Part shown: piece after piece, positions 27,716-37,635 of the stretch
Layout of the letters: each line of letters opens with the position of its first letter
How positions within the stretch are numbered: the stretch's first letter is position 1
Source of the DNA: a virus
Lineage: Duplodnaviria; Caudoviricetes
IMG/VR virus record: IMGVR_UViG_3300020036_002473
Span: 15,364 to 79,363 of that record
DNA: 64,000 bases
Reading direction: 5' to 3' (one strand)
Translations under genes and position numbers: made by a program
Notes under the pieces: model-generated
Databases searched by the model: none
Seen by the model: the letters and a program-made list of their open reading frames with translations, nothing else
Told to the model about the DNA's origin: nothing

Positions 27716-27896
27716 AGATGATAAATTTGCAGCAAACATTTTCTTATTATGTGTATTTGTCTTGCTTGGAGGTTTTGCTATTGGCATGTCCTTTGGAGAA
27801 AGTGCTGGCAAGGCTCAATTTGCAAAAGAATGCACAGGTAAACTTTTCGTCTACGAAAATCATATTTATACGTGTGAGAATGTGGGGATTAAATGA
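27708..27896 (+). CDS. Small membrane protein
   Basis: One transmembrane segment. Confidence 0.6.
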   Translation: MNKDDKFAANIFLLCVFVLLGGFAIGMSFGESAGKAQFAKECTGKLFVYENHIYTCENVGIK

Positions 27897-28126
27897 TGGG
27901 AGTTGATAAACTATTCCACTTCACCCTGTCACTGCTTGTATGCCTCATCAGCACAGCCTTGTCAAGCCTCACTATTGGCATTGCCTTCACATTGGCTGGA
28001 GGGATTGGTAAGGAAGCTTACTATGCTCTTGCGAAGAATGGCACAGGATGGAGCTGGCTAGATTTGCTAGCAGATGTGCTAGGGATTGCAGCTGGAGCTG
28101 CTTTGATGTATTATCTGCATAGTTAA
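27893..28126 (+). CDS. VanZ-like small membrane protein
   Basis: DKLFHF...GKE...SWLDLLAD across three hydrophobic segments. Confidence 0.5.
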   Translation: MMGVDKLFHFTLSLLVCLISTALSSLTIGIAFTLAGGIGKEAYYALAKNGTGWSWLDLLADVLGIAAGAALMYYLHS

Positions 28127-28146
28127 GAATAAACAAAGGAGAGAAC

Positions 28147-29166
28147 ATGTCAGAACGTAAATTAGCATCAATTCAAACTATTGCGGAGATCAAGCCCATT
28201 GGAGGGGCTGATCGGATTGTAGCCTATCGTATCAACGGGTGGTGGGTTGTTGATACCAAGGATAAATATCAAGTAGGTGATCTGGGAGTATATTGTGAAG
28301 TTGATAGCTTCATTCCAACAGAGATAGCACCCTTCCTAACAAAGCCTGAGCATTTTCCTAAAGAATTTCTAGGAATTAAGGGAGAGCGTTTGCGCACAAT
28401 TAAGCTTAAAGGGCAATTATCACAAGGGCTATTGCTTCCTATGTCTGTGCTCCCAAACACTGAATCTGTTGGAATCGGCTTCTATATTGAAGGAGAAGAT
28501 GTGACTTCATCTTTAGGTATCCTCAAATATGAAAAGCCCTTGCCAGCCTGCTTAGCAGGAACAGCTAAAGGAAATTTCCCAAGCTTCATCCCTAAGACTG
28601 ACCAAGAGCGTGTGCAGAATCTTTCCAAAGAAATCCAAGAAATGCAAGGAGAGCTATTTGAAGTGACAATCAAGCTTGATGGAAGCTCTTGCACAATCTT
28701 TGTAAACGGAGAAGATAATGGTGTGTGCTCTCGTAACCTTGAGCTGAAGCAAACAGACACGAATGCTTTCTGGCAGATTGCTGTAGAAGAGGATGTTCAT
28801 GCAAAACTGCGCTCCACAGGACGTAATCTTGCTCTGCAAGGAGAACTAATTGGGCCAAGCATTCAAGGTAATTATGAGAAAGTTGCCAAGAATGAATTCT
28901 ATGTGTATGATGTGTTTGACATTGACAAGCAAGCTTATTTGCTTCCAGCAGAGCGTTGGGATGTTGTGCAACAGCTGGGCTTGAAGCATATCCCTATTCT
29001 CACAGGAAGTCGTAGACTAGATCACAATGTCCAGCAACTCCTTGACATGGCTGAAGGAGAAGGAATGAACAAGGGCGTTAAACGTGAAGGGCTTGTGTTC
29101 AAGCATTTACACTCTGATTTTAGTTTCAAGGCTATTAGCAATAGTTATTTATTAAAGGAGAAATAA
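28147..29166 (+). CDS. RNA ligase, DRB0094-type
   Basis: N-terminal RKLASIQTI...ADRI, KLDGS, GELIG, EGLVFK, FKAIS. Confidence 0.9.
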   Translation: MSERKLASIQTIAEIKPIGGADRIVAYRINGWWVVDTKDKYQVGDLGVYCEVDSFIPTEIAPFLTKPEHFPKEFLGIKGERLRTIKLKGQLSQGLLLPMSVLPNTESVGIGFYIEGEDVTSSLGILKYEKPLPACLAGTAKGNFPSFIPKTDQERVQNLSKEIQEMQGELFEVTIKLDGSSCTIFVNGEDNGVCSRNLELKQTDTNAFWQIAVEEDVHAKLRSTGRNLALQGELIGPSIQGNYEKVAKNEFYVYDVFDIDKQAYLLPAERWDVVQQLGLKHIPILTGSRRLDHNVQQLLDMAEGEGMNKGVKREGLVFKHLHSDFSFKAISNSYLLKEK

Positions 29167-29531
29167 TGTCAGCAGATGCTATTATTGTATTTGGCATAAG
29201 TGGAAAATTTAGCATGGAGCTTCCACTATACTTCTCAATTCACGAAATAACAGACTACGAGAAGAGTTGTGGCTATGCTCCACCAAACACAACCTATTAC
29301 ATCCACACAGGGTTGCATTACTTCGATAAGCATTGGGGATGCTTTAGTAAAGAATTTAGAGATGTTATTCTTACACTCCTGAATCTGCTAGACGATGTCA
29401 ATGTAAGTTGTGTTTACTATGGGTATGACTGCCTAGATCAAGCAAAGTTGTTTACAATGCAAGATTGGCATGATATTGTAGAGGCTTACGAAATTGCTGA
29501 AAGGAAATACAATGACTACGCCTCTTTATGA
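29166..29531 (+). CDS. Hypothetical protein
   Basis: TAATG coupling. Confidence 0.65.
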   Translation: MSADAIIVFGISGKFSMELPLYFSIHEITDYEKSCGYAPPNTTYYIHTGLHYFDKHWGCFSKEFRDVILTLLNLLDDVNVSCVYYGYDCLDQAKLFTMQDWHDIVEAYEIAERKYNDYASL

Positions 29532-30834
29532 AATAATAACAGCCCTACAACAAGAGCCTAGCAGCAATGCTAAGCTAGAAATCCTCCAAGCCAACAAAGA
29601 AAACGCTCTGTTGAAGGAATATTTGCGTGTAACGCATTCTCCACAGATAAATTTCTATGTTTCTGAAAAGACGTTTCCTATTGCAGACGCTGGGACAATC
29701 CCATGCTTGGCATTAGGCACAGCTACAATTGGATACGCTATACATAACTACGCCTTGCGTAACAGTACAGGACACGACGCATTACGAGACATTACAAAGA
29801 AGCTTCGTTGGCTGTCTAAAGAAGATGGAGAGCTATTCAAAATGATGCTCCTGAAAGACATTAAAGCAGGAATTGGAGCTAAGCAAATTAACAAAATTTG
29901 GGATGGGATCATCCCTGTACAGCCTTACATGCGTTGCTCATTACCCTCAGATGTAGACACAAGCAAATGGGATTGGGAAGCTGGCGTGTATTCACAAGTG
30001 AAGGCTGATGGGATGTATTGTGCTATTAGCAATAACAAGGCTGTAACACGCAATGGGAATTGTTTTGATATTAAGAGCTTTCCTGTTGATCTGAGAGAAG
30101 CTATCCGTAGTATTCCAAAAGGTGTTGAACTTAATGGTGAGCTACTTGTTCTAGCAAAAGATAACTCTATTATGGACAGAAAGACAAGTAATGGGCTTCT
30201 TAACAGCTTGCTTAAGTCAGGTGATAAGATTGCAAAAAACTACACCATTGTGTATTTCATCTGGGATTATCAGTTTGCAAAAGATGCACAACCATACGAA
30301 TGTAGATACAAGGAATTAGGAGCAGCTTATGCAAAAGATGGCCCTATACGTCTAATTGAAACGCATACCTGTCACACACCAGAACAAGCACAAGAACATT
30401 TGAAAGCCTGCCTAGCCCTTGGCTTAGAAGGCACTGTCCTCAAAAACCCTAAAGGGCTATGGAAAGATGGCACAAGCAAAGACATTGTTAAGAATAAAAT
30501 TGTTGCAGACATTGAGCTTCTCTGTTATGATGTTTATGAAGGCTCTGGAAAGGCTAAAGGGAAGTTAGGAGGCTTGTCGCTGCGCTCCTCAGATGGCATT
30601 GTCCAAGTAAATTGTGGCACAGGGTTTACAGATAAGCAGCGGGAGGAATATTGGAAGCATCCTCCTATTGGGTGCATTATTCATATTACAGCTAATGATC
30701 TTGTGCAAGAGAAAAAGAAAAACTCTTTTTCTTTATTCCTGCCAAGCTTTCAGGAAATTCGTACAGACAAGAATGAAGCTGATGACTTCCAAAAGATTAA
30801 AGATATCTTTAATAATGCGAAGGGAATTGCATAA
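29512..30834 (+). CDS. lig: ATP-dependent DNA ligase
   Basis: KADG, LNGEL, EGTVLK, GTGF, LFLPSF..IRTDK. Confidence 0.92.
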   Translation: MTTPLYEIITALQQEPSSNAKLEILQANKENALLKEYLRVTHSPQINFYVSEKTFPIADAGTIPCLALGTATIGYAIHNYALRNSTGHDALRDITKKLRWLSKEDGELFKMMLLKDIKAGIGAKQINKIWDGIIPVQPYMRCSLPSDVDTSKWDWEAGVYSQVKADGMYCAISNNKAVTRNGNCFDIKSFPVDLREAIRSIPKGVELNGELLVLAKDNSIMDRKTSNGLLNSLLKSGDKIAKNYTIVYFIWDYQFAKDAQPYECRYKELGAAYAKDGPIRLIETHTCHTPEQAQEHLKACLALGLEGTVLKNPKGLWKDGTSKDIVKNKIVADIELLCYDVYEGSGKAKGKLGGLSLRSSDGIVQVNCGTGFTDKQREEYWKHPPIGCIIHITANDLVQEKKKNSFSLFLPSFQEIRTDKNEADDFQKIKDIFNNAKGIA

Positions 30835-31172
30835 ATGCAAGAAGAAATGCGTAAGATTGTACAGATTGTCTCAAGTGCTCCAGATGATTTGTCAGCACTT
30901 TGCAATGATGGCACTGTTTGGTATTTGACAAGCAAAGGATGGGTGAAGACTATTCATAACATTCCACAACCTTGGGAGGAGCCTAGTAATGACAGCTAAC
31001 ACATATTCCAAAGCATCCCTTCCAAACAAGGAAGGCTACAAATTTATTGCTGTGCTAAATGATGGTTCTGAGCATGTTGTAAGCATTGCCAAGAACACAC
31101 ATGGCTGTCATTACATTGTTTCAGAGATTAGCTACGCTAACATTAAACATTGGAGACGTATTGAATAGTACA

Positions 31173-31571
31173 TTGCGTAAATTATTGTTATTAACATTCC
31201 TTTTCATTTCACAGCAAGCCTTCTCTGCAACAACAGAAGACATGTGCAAGGCTCTCACAATTTACAAAGAAGCTAACACAGAGAGCCTTGCTGGAAAGCG
31301 AGCTGTGCTTGATGTTATCCAGACTAGGATGAGAAAGCAGAACAAAACAGCGTGTCAAATTATTAAGCAACCTAAGCAATTCTCTTGGCACAAGCGTGGA
31401 ATGAAGCTACATGCTACGAAAGATATGTTGACAACATTTTACAGGATTGATAAGATGGCTCCTGTTTACAAGAATGCTGAATTCTTTCACAATACGTCTG
31501 TCAAGCCTAATTGGAAGGGCTTAAAGAGAATTGGGAAGATTGGTGGGCATATTTTCTATGAGAGGAAATGA
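31173..31571 (+). CDS. SleB-like cell wall hydrolase
   Basis: Signal peptide, YKEA, AVLDVI..R, QPKQFSW, IGGHIFY; start uncertain. Confidence 0.8.
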   Translation: MRKLLLLTFLFISQQAFSATTEDMCKALTIYKEANTESLAGKRAVLDVIQTRMRKQNKTACQIIKQPKQFSWHKRGMKLHATKDMLTTFYRIDKMAPVYKNAEFFHNTSVKPNWKGLKRIGKIGGHIFYERK

Positions 31572-31918
31572 GAATGATTAATACAAATTTAGCAACACAG
31601 CGTAACATCAGCAACGAGGACATTTTAAAGCTAGAGCGTTTACATGTAGCACGAGACAGCTTACATTATGCTATCCAGCAGGCTTATGGGGCAGGCTCTC
31701 GGAAGCTGGTGAAAGCCATTGCAGATGTGCTTCCAATGGTTGAGGAGGAGCTACAGAAGCTGTGGGGGTTTCCTGTGAACAGCAATTACTATAAATTCTG
31801 GAGTGCTCCAATGTGCTCCTGTGCTGTAATGGATAATGAGGACAACTACCCTCACGGCTATTACACGATTAATAATAGCTGCTGGCTACATGGAGAGGAA
31901 AAGGATGAACAAATTTAA
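31568..31918 (+). CDS. Conserved phage protein
   Basis: LQKLWGFP...KFWSAPMCSC...CWLH. Confidence 0.7.
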   Translation: MRMINTNLATQRNISNEDILKLERLHVARDSLHYAIQQAYGAGSRKLVKAIADVLPMVEEELQKLWGFPVNSNYYKFWSAPMCSCAVMDNEDNYPHGYYTINNSCWLHGEEKDEQI

Positions 31919-32075
31919 GCAGGAGTTTGAAGGCAAGTTTAGTGAGTTTGCATATTCACGTTTAGCGGGTAATCACTTCACTTTTAGTTGTGACGCTATT
32001 TGCTCAGAAGAATACCAGTGGATGCTTGCTAGTATGCAAGAATTTATTGATGAGAATTATAAGGAGATGGAATGA
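31905..32075 (+). CDS. Hypothetical protein
   Basis: GAGG RBS. Confidence 0.55.
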   Translation: MNKFKQEFEGKFSEFAYSRLAGNHFTFSCDAICSEEYQWMLASMQEFIDENYKEME

Positions 32076-32248
32076 ATGAGGGTGATGAGGACAACACACA
32101 ATATCATTTAGACTATGACGGAAACATCTTGCTAGATGAATTTGGAGAGCCTATCCCAATGTCTATTTGCATCTGTGCTGCTTATTGTAGCTGTGAATGT
32201 TGTTGTGGAAGCTGGGATGGCGTTGAATGTACATGTTGGGATAATTAA
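32072..32248 (+). CDS. Cys-rich micro-protein, 58 aa
   Basis: ATGA overlap, AAGGAG RBS, 9 Cys in C-terminal half; below ORF-track cutoff. Confidence 0.6.
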   Translation: MNEGDEDNTQYHLDYDGNILLDEFGEPIPMSICICAAYCSCECCCGSWDGVECTCWDN

Positions 32249-32259
32249 AAGGATAATGT

Positions 32260-33297
32260 ATGACAATTAAAAAACTAGGCAAGAGCAACATTTCAGCAGA
32301 GATTGTGGCAGACTCTCGTAGCAGTGTTGATGGCACACGTATTACGACATTCGTAATTGAATACCCTCGCTTCATTCTAAGTGAATTGAACACGCATCGA
32401 ATGTTCTCACGTAACTCTGCAAGTTCACGAGCTATTCCTATTGCAAAGGTGATTGAGAATGTGCAAGCAAATTGTGCTATGCCTGTTGCTTGGGGAGCTA
32501 ATCAAGCTGGAATGCAGGCTGAGAAGGAATGTGCGAACCTTGTTATGCTATATAACAACGGAGATGACGCAGAATACCAACTTGGAGTGGCACCAGAAGA
32601 AGCTTGGAAGCAAGCCTCAGAGGAAGCTGTTACAATTGCTGAAGCATTCTCTAGAGCAGGCTACCACAAACAAATTGCCAATCGTTTGTTAGAGCCATTT
32701 CAGATGATGCGAACAATTGTTACGTCAACAGATTATGAGAACTTCTTTCACCTACGTTGTCACAAGGATGCAGACCCGACAATTCAGGAGCTTGCTCGCT
32801 GCATGAAGGAGGCTTACGAGGAGAGTGAAGAGAAAGGCTTAGTGGAGTTGCTAGATGTTGGTGAATGGCATACACCTTTTGTTCACCACTATCGTGGTGT
32901 TGACGATCTATGGGAAGTTGGCTTATCCTATGGCCTGTCTGTTTGGGATGAAGGGATTAAAGGCTGGAGATTAGATCAGGAGCTAACACTAGAAGAAGCC
33001 TTAAAAGTATCTTCTAGTTGCTGTGCTCAAGTGAGCTTTCGCAAGCTAGACACAAGCTTAGAGAAGGCTATCAGCATTTATGATAAGCTTGTTAATAGCA
33101 AGCCTGTACATGCCAGTGCTTTGGAGCATTGTGCTACGCCTATTATCAAGAAAGAAGATTGGGTAAGCCCTTTTGACATGCTAGGTACTGATGGTGTAAC
33201 ACATATGGATAAAGATGGCAATTATTATTCAGGTAATTTCAAATCGTTTATTCAGTATCGGCAGATTATTAAGGATAATGTTTATAAGGGAGGATAG
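32260..33297 (+). CDS. thyX: Flavin-dependent thymidylate synthase
   Basis: ELNTHRMFSRNSASSRAIP, NFFHLR, HASALEH. Confidence 0.9.
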   Translation: MTIKKLGKSNISAEIVADSRSSVDGTRITTFVIEYPRFILSELNTHRMFSRNSASSRAIPIAKVIENVQANCAMPVAWGANQAGMQAEKECANLVMLYNNGDDAEYQLGVAPEEAWKQASEEAVTIAEAFSRAGYHKQIANRLLEPFQMMRTIVTSTDYENFFHLRCHKDADPTIQELARCMKEAYEESEEKGLVELLDVGEWHTPFVHHYRGVDDLWEVGLSYGLSVWDEGIKGWRLDQELTLEEALKVSSSCCAQVSFRKLDTSLEKAISIYDKLVNSKPVHASALEHCATPIIKKEDWVSPFDMLGTDGVTHMDKDGNYYSGNFKSFIQYRQIIKDNVYKGG

Positions 33298-33702
33298 ATG
33301 CAAAACACTGAATCATGGCTTCCAGACAATTACAATCAAATGCAAACAATCTCCGAAGAAGATGCTTGTGCTTTAAAATGGTATTTGAAGAGCTGCGGGG
33401 TTGACACAAACTACTACTGCCTGTCCAATCATAAGAAATGCGATTGGTATTCTAAGGCACTACACTATGTTGCTTTAGGGAAAGGGTTAGATGTAGAGAG
33501 TATGCTTCGTCTTGTATTCTCCGAGCAGGACGGAAGAGGCGTTGACGGGTTTATTACAGCTAACACAATCCCATTAAAAGGTATGTTCTTTGCTGAAGTG
33601 GATTATAAGAAATATGTGGAAGTGCAATGGGATAAATTTGTGAAGCAGGTGAAGTATGTTATTCAGTTAAGGAAATTGCTAATGGATACGAGGATTAAAT
33701 GA
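33298..33702 (+). CDS. Hypothetical protein
   Basis: GGAGG RBS. Confidence 0.65.
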   Translation: MQNTESWLPDNYNQMQTISEEDACALKWYLKSCGVDTNYYCLSNHKKCDWYSKALHYVALGKGLDVESMLRLVFSEQDGRGVDGFITANTIPLKGMFFAEVDYKKYVEVQWDKFVKQVKYVIQLRKLLMDTRIK

Positions 33703-33851
33703 CAAATAAAGAGCTTATTGAAATTCTTTCACAATATCCAGATGATGCACAAGTAGAGGCACATTGCCCTAGTGATGGCTACTACTATTTGGTGGAGAAT
33801 ATTAAATTTAATATTGATGGGCGCATTATGTTGGCAGAATAGGGAGGGAAT

Positions 33852-35606
33852 GTGGCTTATGTAGAGAGCAAGCAGCCTTGTCCCCGTTGTGTACGTAATG
33901 GACGGGACAAGGCAGGGGATAATTTTCATTTCTATGGAGATGGACGTGGAGGCCACTGTTTCAGCTGTGGATATACGATGCTGTCAGATGCTGAAAAAGA
34001 AGCTCGTGGAATAGATAAATTTGAATGGGATGAAGAACAGGAGAAAATTGTGAGCACGAAGGAGGTTATTACGCCAGAGGAATCTGAGCAAATTAAGAGC
34101 TACACAGGGACAAAGGGGCATGAAAGCCGTGGTATTACGGATGAGACGTATAAGGCTTATGCTGTGCGTTTTGAATACAGCGAGGAAACTGGAGAGCCTA
34201 CAAAGCACTATTATCCATACACTGAGAACTATAAAGCTGCCGGATATAAAATCCGCATTCTGCCCAAGGATTTTACAACAGTGGGGAAAATTGGGAAGCA
34301 GAGTGAGTTGTTTGGGCAATGGAAGTTTAAGAATAGTAATTCTAAGAATGTTGTGATTTGCTCTGGTGAAGTGGATTGTTTGTCAGCTTTTCAGATGCTT
34401 GAAAACTATCGTAAATCTCGTAATGGAGATTTTGAGCCTACTCCAGTGGTTAGCTCTGGAATTGGAGAGACAGGGAGCTACAAACAAATTCAGCTTCAGT
34501 ATGAATGGCTTAATCGTTTTGATAAGATTATCATCTGCTACGACATGGACACAGCTGGAAAAGATGCTATTAAAACTCTAGTGAAAGTGCTACCTAAAGG
34601 TAAGATGTTTGTCATGGAGCTTCCAGCTAAAGACACAAACGAGATGCTTTCAAAGGGTAAGGAGAAGGCTTGGATTGACGCTTATTATAAGGCTAAACCT
34701 TATAGCCCTGACGGGATTGTTGGGAGCAGTGGATTGCTTGATAAAATTAAAGAAGCAGCATTAATTCCTAAAGTTCCCCTCCCAGCTTTCATGCACGAGG
34801 TAGAAAAACAGATGGCTGGGGGCATTCCTTTAGGTGTTATTGTGAATTTAGCTTCCTCTTCCGGCAGTGGAAAGAGTACGATTGTTGATGAATGCACATA
34901 TTTCTGGGCTTTTAACAGCCCACACAAGCTTGGAGTAGTTACTTTAGAGAGCGATTGTGCACAATACGGAACAAAAATACTGTCTCGCCACATCTCTCAG
35001 AAGATTGACCTCATTGAGAACAATGAAGATAAGTTGAAGTTGTTAAACAGCGATTACATAGAGGAAAAATCTAACGAGCTATTCCTAAACCCTGATGGTA
35101 GTGACAGGTGGATGCTTATTGAAGAGCGCGATGGTGGGCTAGAGAGTATGAAGGCTTTAATTATGGAACTTATTATCTCTTGCGAGTGTAAGTTGATAAT
35201 TTTAGACCCTGTGAGTGACCTTCTTGAATCGCTGGACAATGAAACTCAAGCTGGCTTTTGTAAATGGATGAAGGGGATTGTGAAGTCTCATGGGATAACA
35301 TTTATTAATGTAGCTCATGTGAGAAAGTCTGCCAGCAACCAAAAGGCAAATTCGACAGGTGCAGTTATGCACGAAGAAGATATTTTTGGAAGTGGTAGCT
35401 TGATTAAATCTGCTGCATGTAACCTTCTATTCACCCGAAACAAAGAGGCAGAGGATGCAATTGAACGAAATACAATTTCTATGCTTATGTCTAAATGCCG
35501 ATGGACTGGTAGAACAGGTATTGCAGGACAATATTACTATGATAACGAGTCACACACTTTATTTGACAAAGCTGATTGGCTCAGAACACAAGGAAACAAC
35601 TTCTAA
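33852..35606 (+). CDS. DNA primase-helicase, T7 gp4-like
   Basis: Zn finger CPRC...CFSC, TOPRIM GEVD and YDMD, SSGSGKS, ILDPV, HVRK, GSGSL, KCRWTG. Confidence 0.95.
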   Translation: MAYVESKQPCPRCVRNGRDKAGDNFHFYGDGRGGHCFSCGYTMLSDAEKEARGIDKFEWDEEQEKIVSTKEVITPEESEQIKSYTGTKGHESRGITDETYKAYAVRFEYSEETGEPTKHYYPYTENYKAAGYKIRILPKDFTTVGKIGKQSELFGQWKFKNSNSKNVVICSGEVDCLSAFQMLENYRKSRNGDFEPTPVVSSGIGETGSYKQIQLQYEWLNRFDKIIICYDMDTAGKDAIKTLVKVLPKGKMFVMELPAKDTNEMLSKGKEKAWIDAYYKAKPYSPDGIVGSSGLLDKIKEAALIPKVPLPAFMHEVEKQMAGGIPLGVIVNLASSSGSGKSTIVDECTYFWAFNSPHKLGVVTLESDCAQYGTKILSRHISQKIDLIENNEDKLKLLNSDYIEEKSNELFLNPDGSDRWMLIEERDGGLESMKALIMELIISCECKLIILDPVSDLLESLDNETQAGFCKWMKGIVKSHGITFINVAHVRKSASNQKANSTGAVMHEEDIFGSGSLIKSAACNLLFTRNKEAEDAIERNTISMLMSKCRWTGRTGIAGQYYYDNESHTLFDKADWLRTQGNNF

Positions 35607-35815
35607 TGGCAGTAGCTAGAAAGAATATTGTAAATGTGGGTGACGTAAGCCCTCACCACGACTTATTCTTGGACGTAAGGGACTTCGTCGAAGATTATAT
35701 TGAGAATGTTGCAAAATAACAGGAAGTTTGTTGAGCGCAGCGAGAAACCCCTTGCCATCCCAACAAACATGCTGTAAGCTATCTACACAAATTCATAAAC
35801 AAGGAGAAAGATAAT

Positions 35816-36196
35816 ATGGAAATTACACAAGACATCTATTTCGACGTAGCCAAACATGCAAACGCTTGGGGTGTTGCTCATGAGGAGGCTAGTAAACGTA
35901 TTCAAGAGTTTTTGTTTGAGAGTAGCATTTATTGGGCTGGCGCAAGTCGTGGAGATATTTTTGCTGCGGAAGCTCTCTATTTGTTTGTGCGAGAAAAAGA
36001 TATTACATATTCGTACTTTGCCGGAACGTCAGCAATAGAAGCCACCCTGCAAGCCTCTACAACATATACGCTTCATATTGAACAACTAAAGGCTAAAGAG
36101 GAAGATAATGAAATTATCCAGCTTCTTGGCAAGAAATATTCTAAAGCTGATATTGAGAAAGCTCTTCAGCTTCTTACACCGAAGGAGGAAGTATAA
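35816..36196 (+). CDS. Hypothetical protein
   Basis: AAGGAG RBS; promoter TTGCCA-N17-TAAGCT at 35752. Confidence 0.65.
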   Translation: MEITQDIYFDVAKHANAWGVAHEEASKRIQEFLFESSIYWAGASRGDIFAAEALYLFVREKDITYSYFAGTSAIEATLQASTTYTLHIEQLKAKEEDNEIIQLLGKKYSKADIEKALQLLTPKEEV

Positions 36197-36873
36197 TGTC
36201 ACACCCTATTAAGTTTAAAGATTTACTGGGAAAACGTATCATGCGAGTGGAAGTTACAGACTCTGAGGTGTTCTTACACACTTCTAGTGGATTCTACAAC
36301 CTCTACCACGAACAAGATTGTTGTGAAGATGTTTACGTAGAAGATGTCTGCGGGGACATTGACGATATTGTAGGGATTATCACAGAAGCTGAAGAAGTGG
36401 TTAGCGAAGACAATATCAAAGATGGAGATGAAAGCGGTACATGGACATTCTACAAGCTAGGCACACAGAAAGGCTCTGTTACAATCCGTTTCTACGGCAC
36501 AAGCAATGGGTATTATTCTGAGAGAGTAAACTGTGTCTATGTGGATAACGGGTATTCTACAGCTCGTGGAAAGATGCTTAGCTATCTCTCAAAGAACGCT
36601 AGCAAGGGCGGTGTGAGCATGGAGCATTCAAAGATGTTAGACCATGAGCTACTGGAATGTTATACCAAAGCTGTTGACAATGCTTCTCGTGAAAGCCAGA
36701 AGCATATTGACCTATCTCGTATTCAGAAGCTCGACAAGGGGATACTACTTCCCTATCTTATTAAGACTGTTGCGGAAGAGAAAGTAGATATTTTTCTCCT
36801 GAAAGAAACAGATAATGGTGATGGAACAAACACGCATATTCTTGAAATTGTCAGTAAGAAGGAGGAAGCATGA
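36196..36873 (+). CDS. Hypothetical, probably two-domain protein
   Basis: HEQDCCEDVY...WTFYK...SNGYYSE N-terminal domain. Confidence 0.7.
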   Translation: MSHPIKFKDLLGKRIMRVEVTDSEVFLHTSSGFYNLYHEQDCCEDVYVEDVCGDIDDIVGIITEAEEVVSEDNIKDGDESGTWTFYKLGTQKGSVTIRFYGTSNGYYSERVNCVYVDNGYSTARGKMLSYLSKNASKGGVSMEHSKMLDHELLECYTKAVDNASRESQKHIDLSRIQKLDKGILLPYLIKTVAEEKVDIFLLKETDNGDGTNTHILEIVSKKEEA

Positions 36874-37154
36874 ACATACAAGCCCTAGCAACAATTGTAG
36901 AGGACATGAATAAGGCCCTCTACAAAGCCCTTCCAGATGTTGAAGGCATTCATCTGCGTTATTATGATAGTAGCTTCTGGCTATTACAATGGGAAGAAGA
37001 GATTCTTATCAACTCTGTAGCAGATAGTTTAGAGGATGATTTAGGAGCCTACACGTTAGCTCAAATGCAAGAAATGCTTGCAAAACGCTTTGCAAAGGCG
37101 TATGCTGAGAAGCTTGTTGATAAATTAGAGGAGAAGTGTAATGAGCCTTTCTGA
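36870..37154 (+). CDS. Hypothetical protein
   Basis: GGAGG RBS. Confidence 0.65.
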   Translation: MNIQALATIVEDMNKALYKALPDVEGIHLRYYDSSFWLLQWEEEILINSVADSLEDDLGAYTLAQMQEMLAKRFAKAYAEKLVDKLEEKCNEPF

Positions 37155-37428
37155 GAGTGTTTTACAGAGCCAGATTGCTTTGAACCAGAACCAAATTAGG
37201 ATGCTACATTTCTGGGTAGATGATGCTTTTAGTGAGATGTATCAACATATTCATCATTATAAATACTATGCCGGATTGAAAGTTGAGAAAGAGCACATTA
37301 AAAAGATTAAGCAAGGGCATTACAAAGTTATTGATGCGCGTAAGCGAGAGATTGCTAAATACGTCAAATTGCAGAAGGCTTGGAAGGATGAGCTTAAGGC
37401 TGTTCGACAGCGGAAAGTTCTGTGGTGA
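37141..37428 (+). CDS. Hypothetical protein
   Basis: GAGGAG RBS. Confidence 0.65.
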   Translation: MSLSESVLQSQIALNQNQIRMLHFWVDDAFSEMYQHIHHYKYYAGLKVEKEHIKKIKQGHYKVIDARKREIAKYVKLQKAWKDELKAVRQRKVLW

Positions 37429-37437
37429 CATTGTATA

Positions 37438-37623
37438 ATGCCAATATTCAAGTGTAGAAGTTGTAAGAAAGAGTACACAGTTTTTCAGGAAGCTGCGAGG
37501 TGTTGTTATGGAGCCTTTACAGGGCACTGTGATAAGAACATGACAAAGGAGCAATGGCAGGAGGCTTGGGAGAGGCTTTGCAGGGATAATGGGGTTGTGT
37601 GTTTGGGTGGGAAGAAAGAATAA
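37438..37623 (+). CDS. Small Cys-containing protein
   Basis: CRSC...CC. Confidence 0.55.
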   Translation: MPIFKCRSCKKEYTVFQEAARCCYGAFTGHCDKNMTKEQWQEAWERLCRDNGVVCLGGKKE

Positions 37624-37635
37624 GGAGAAGAATGT

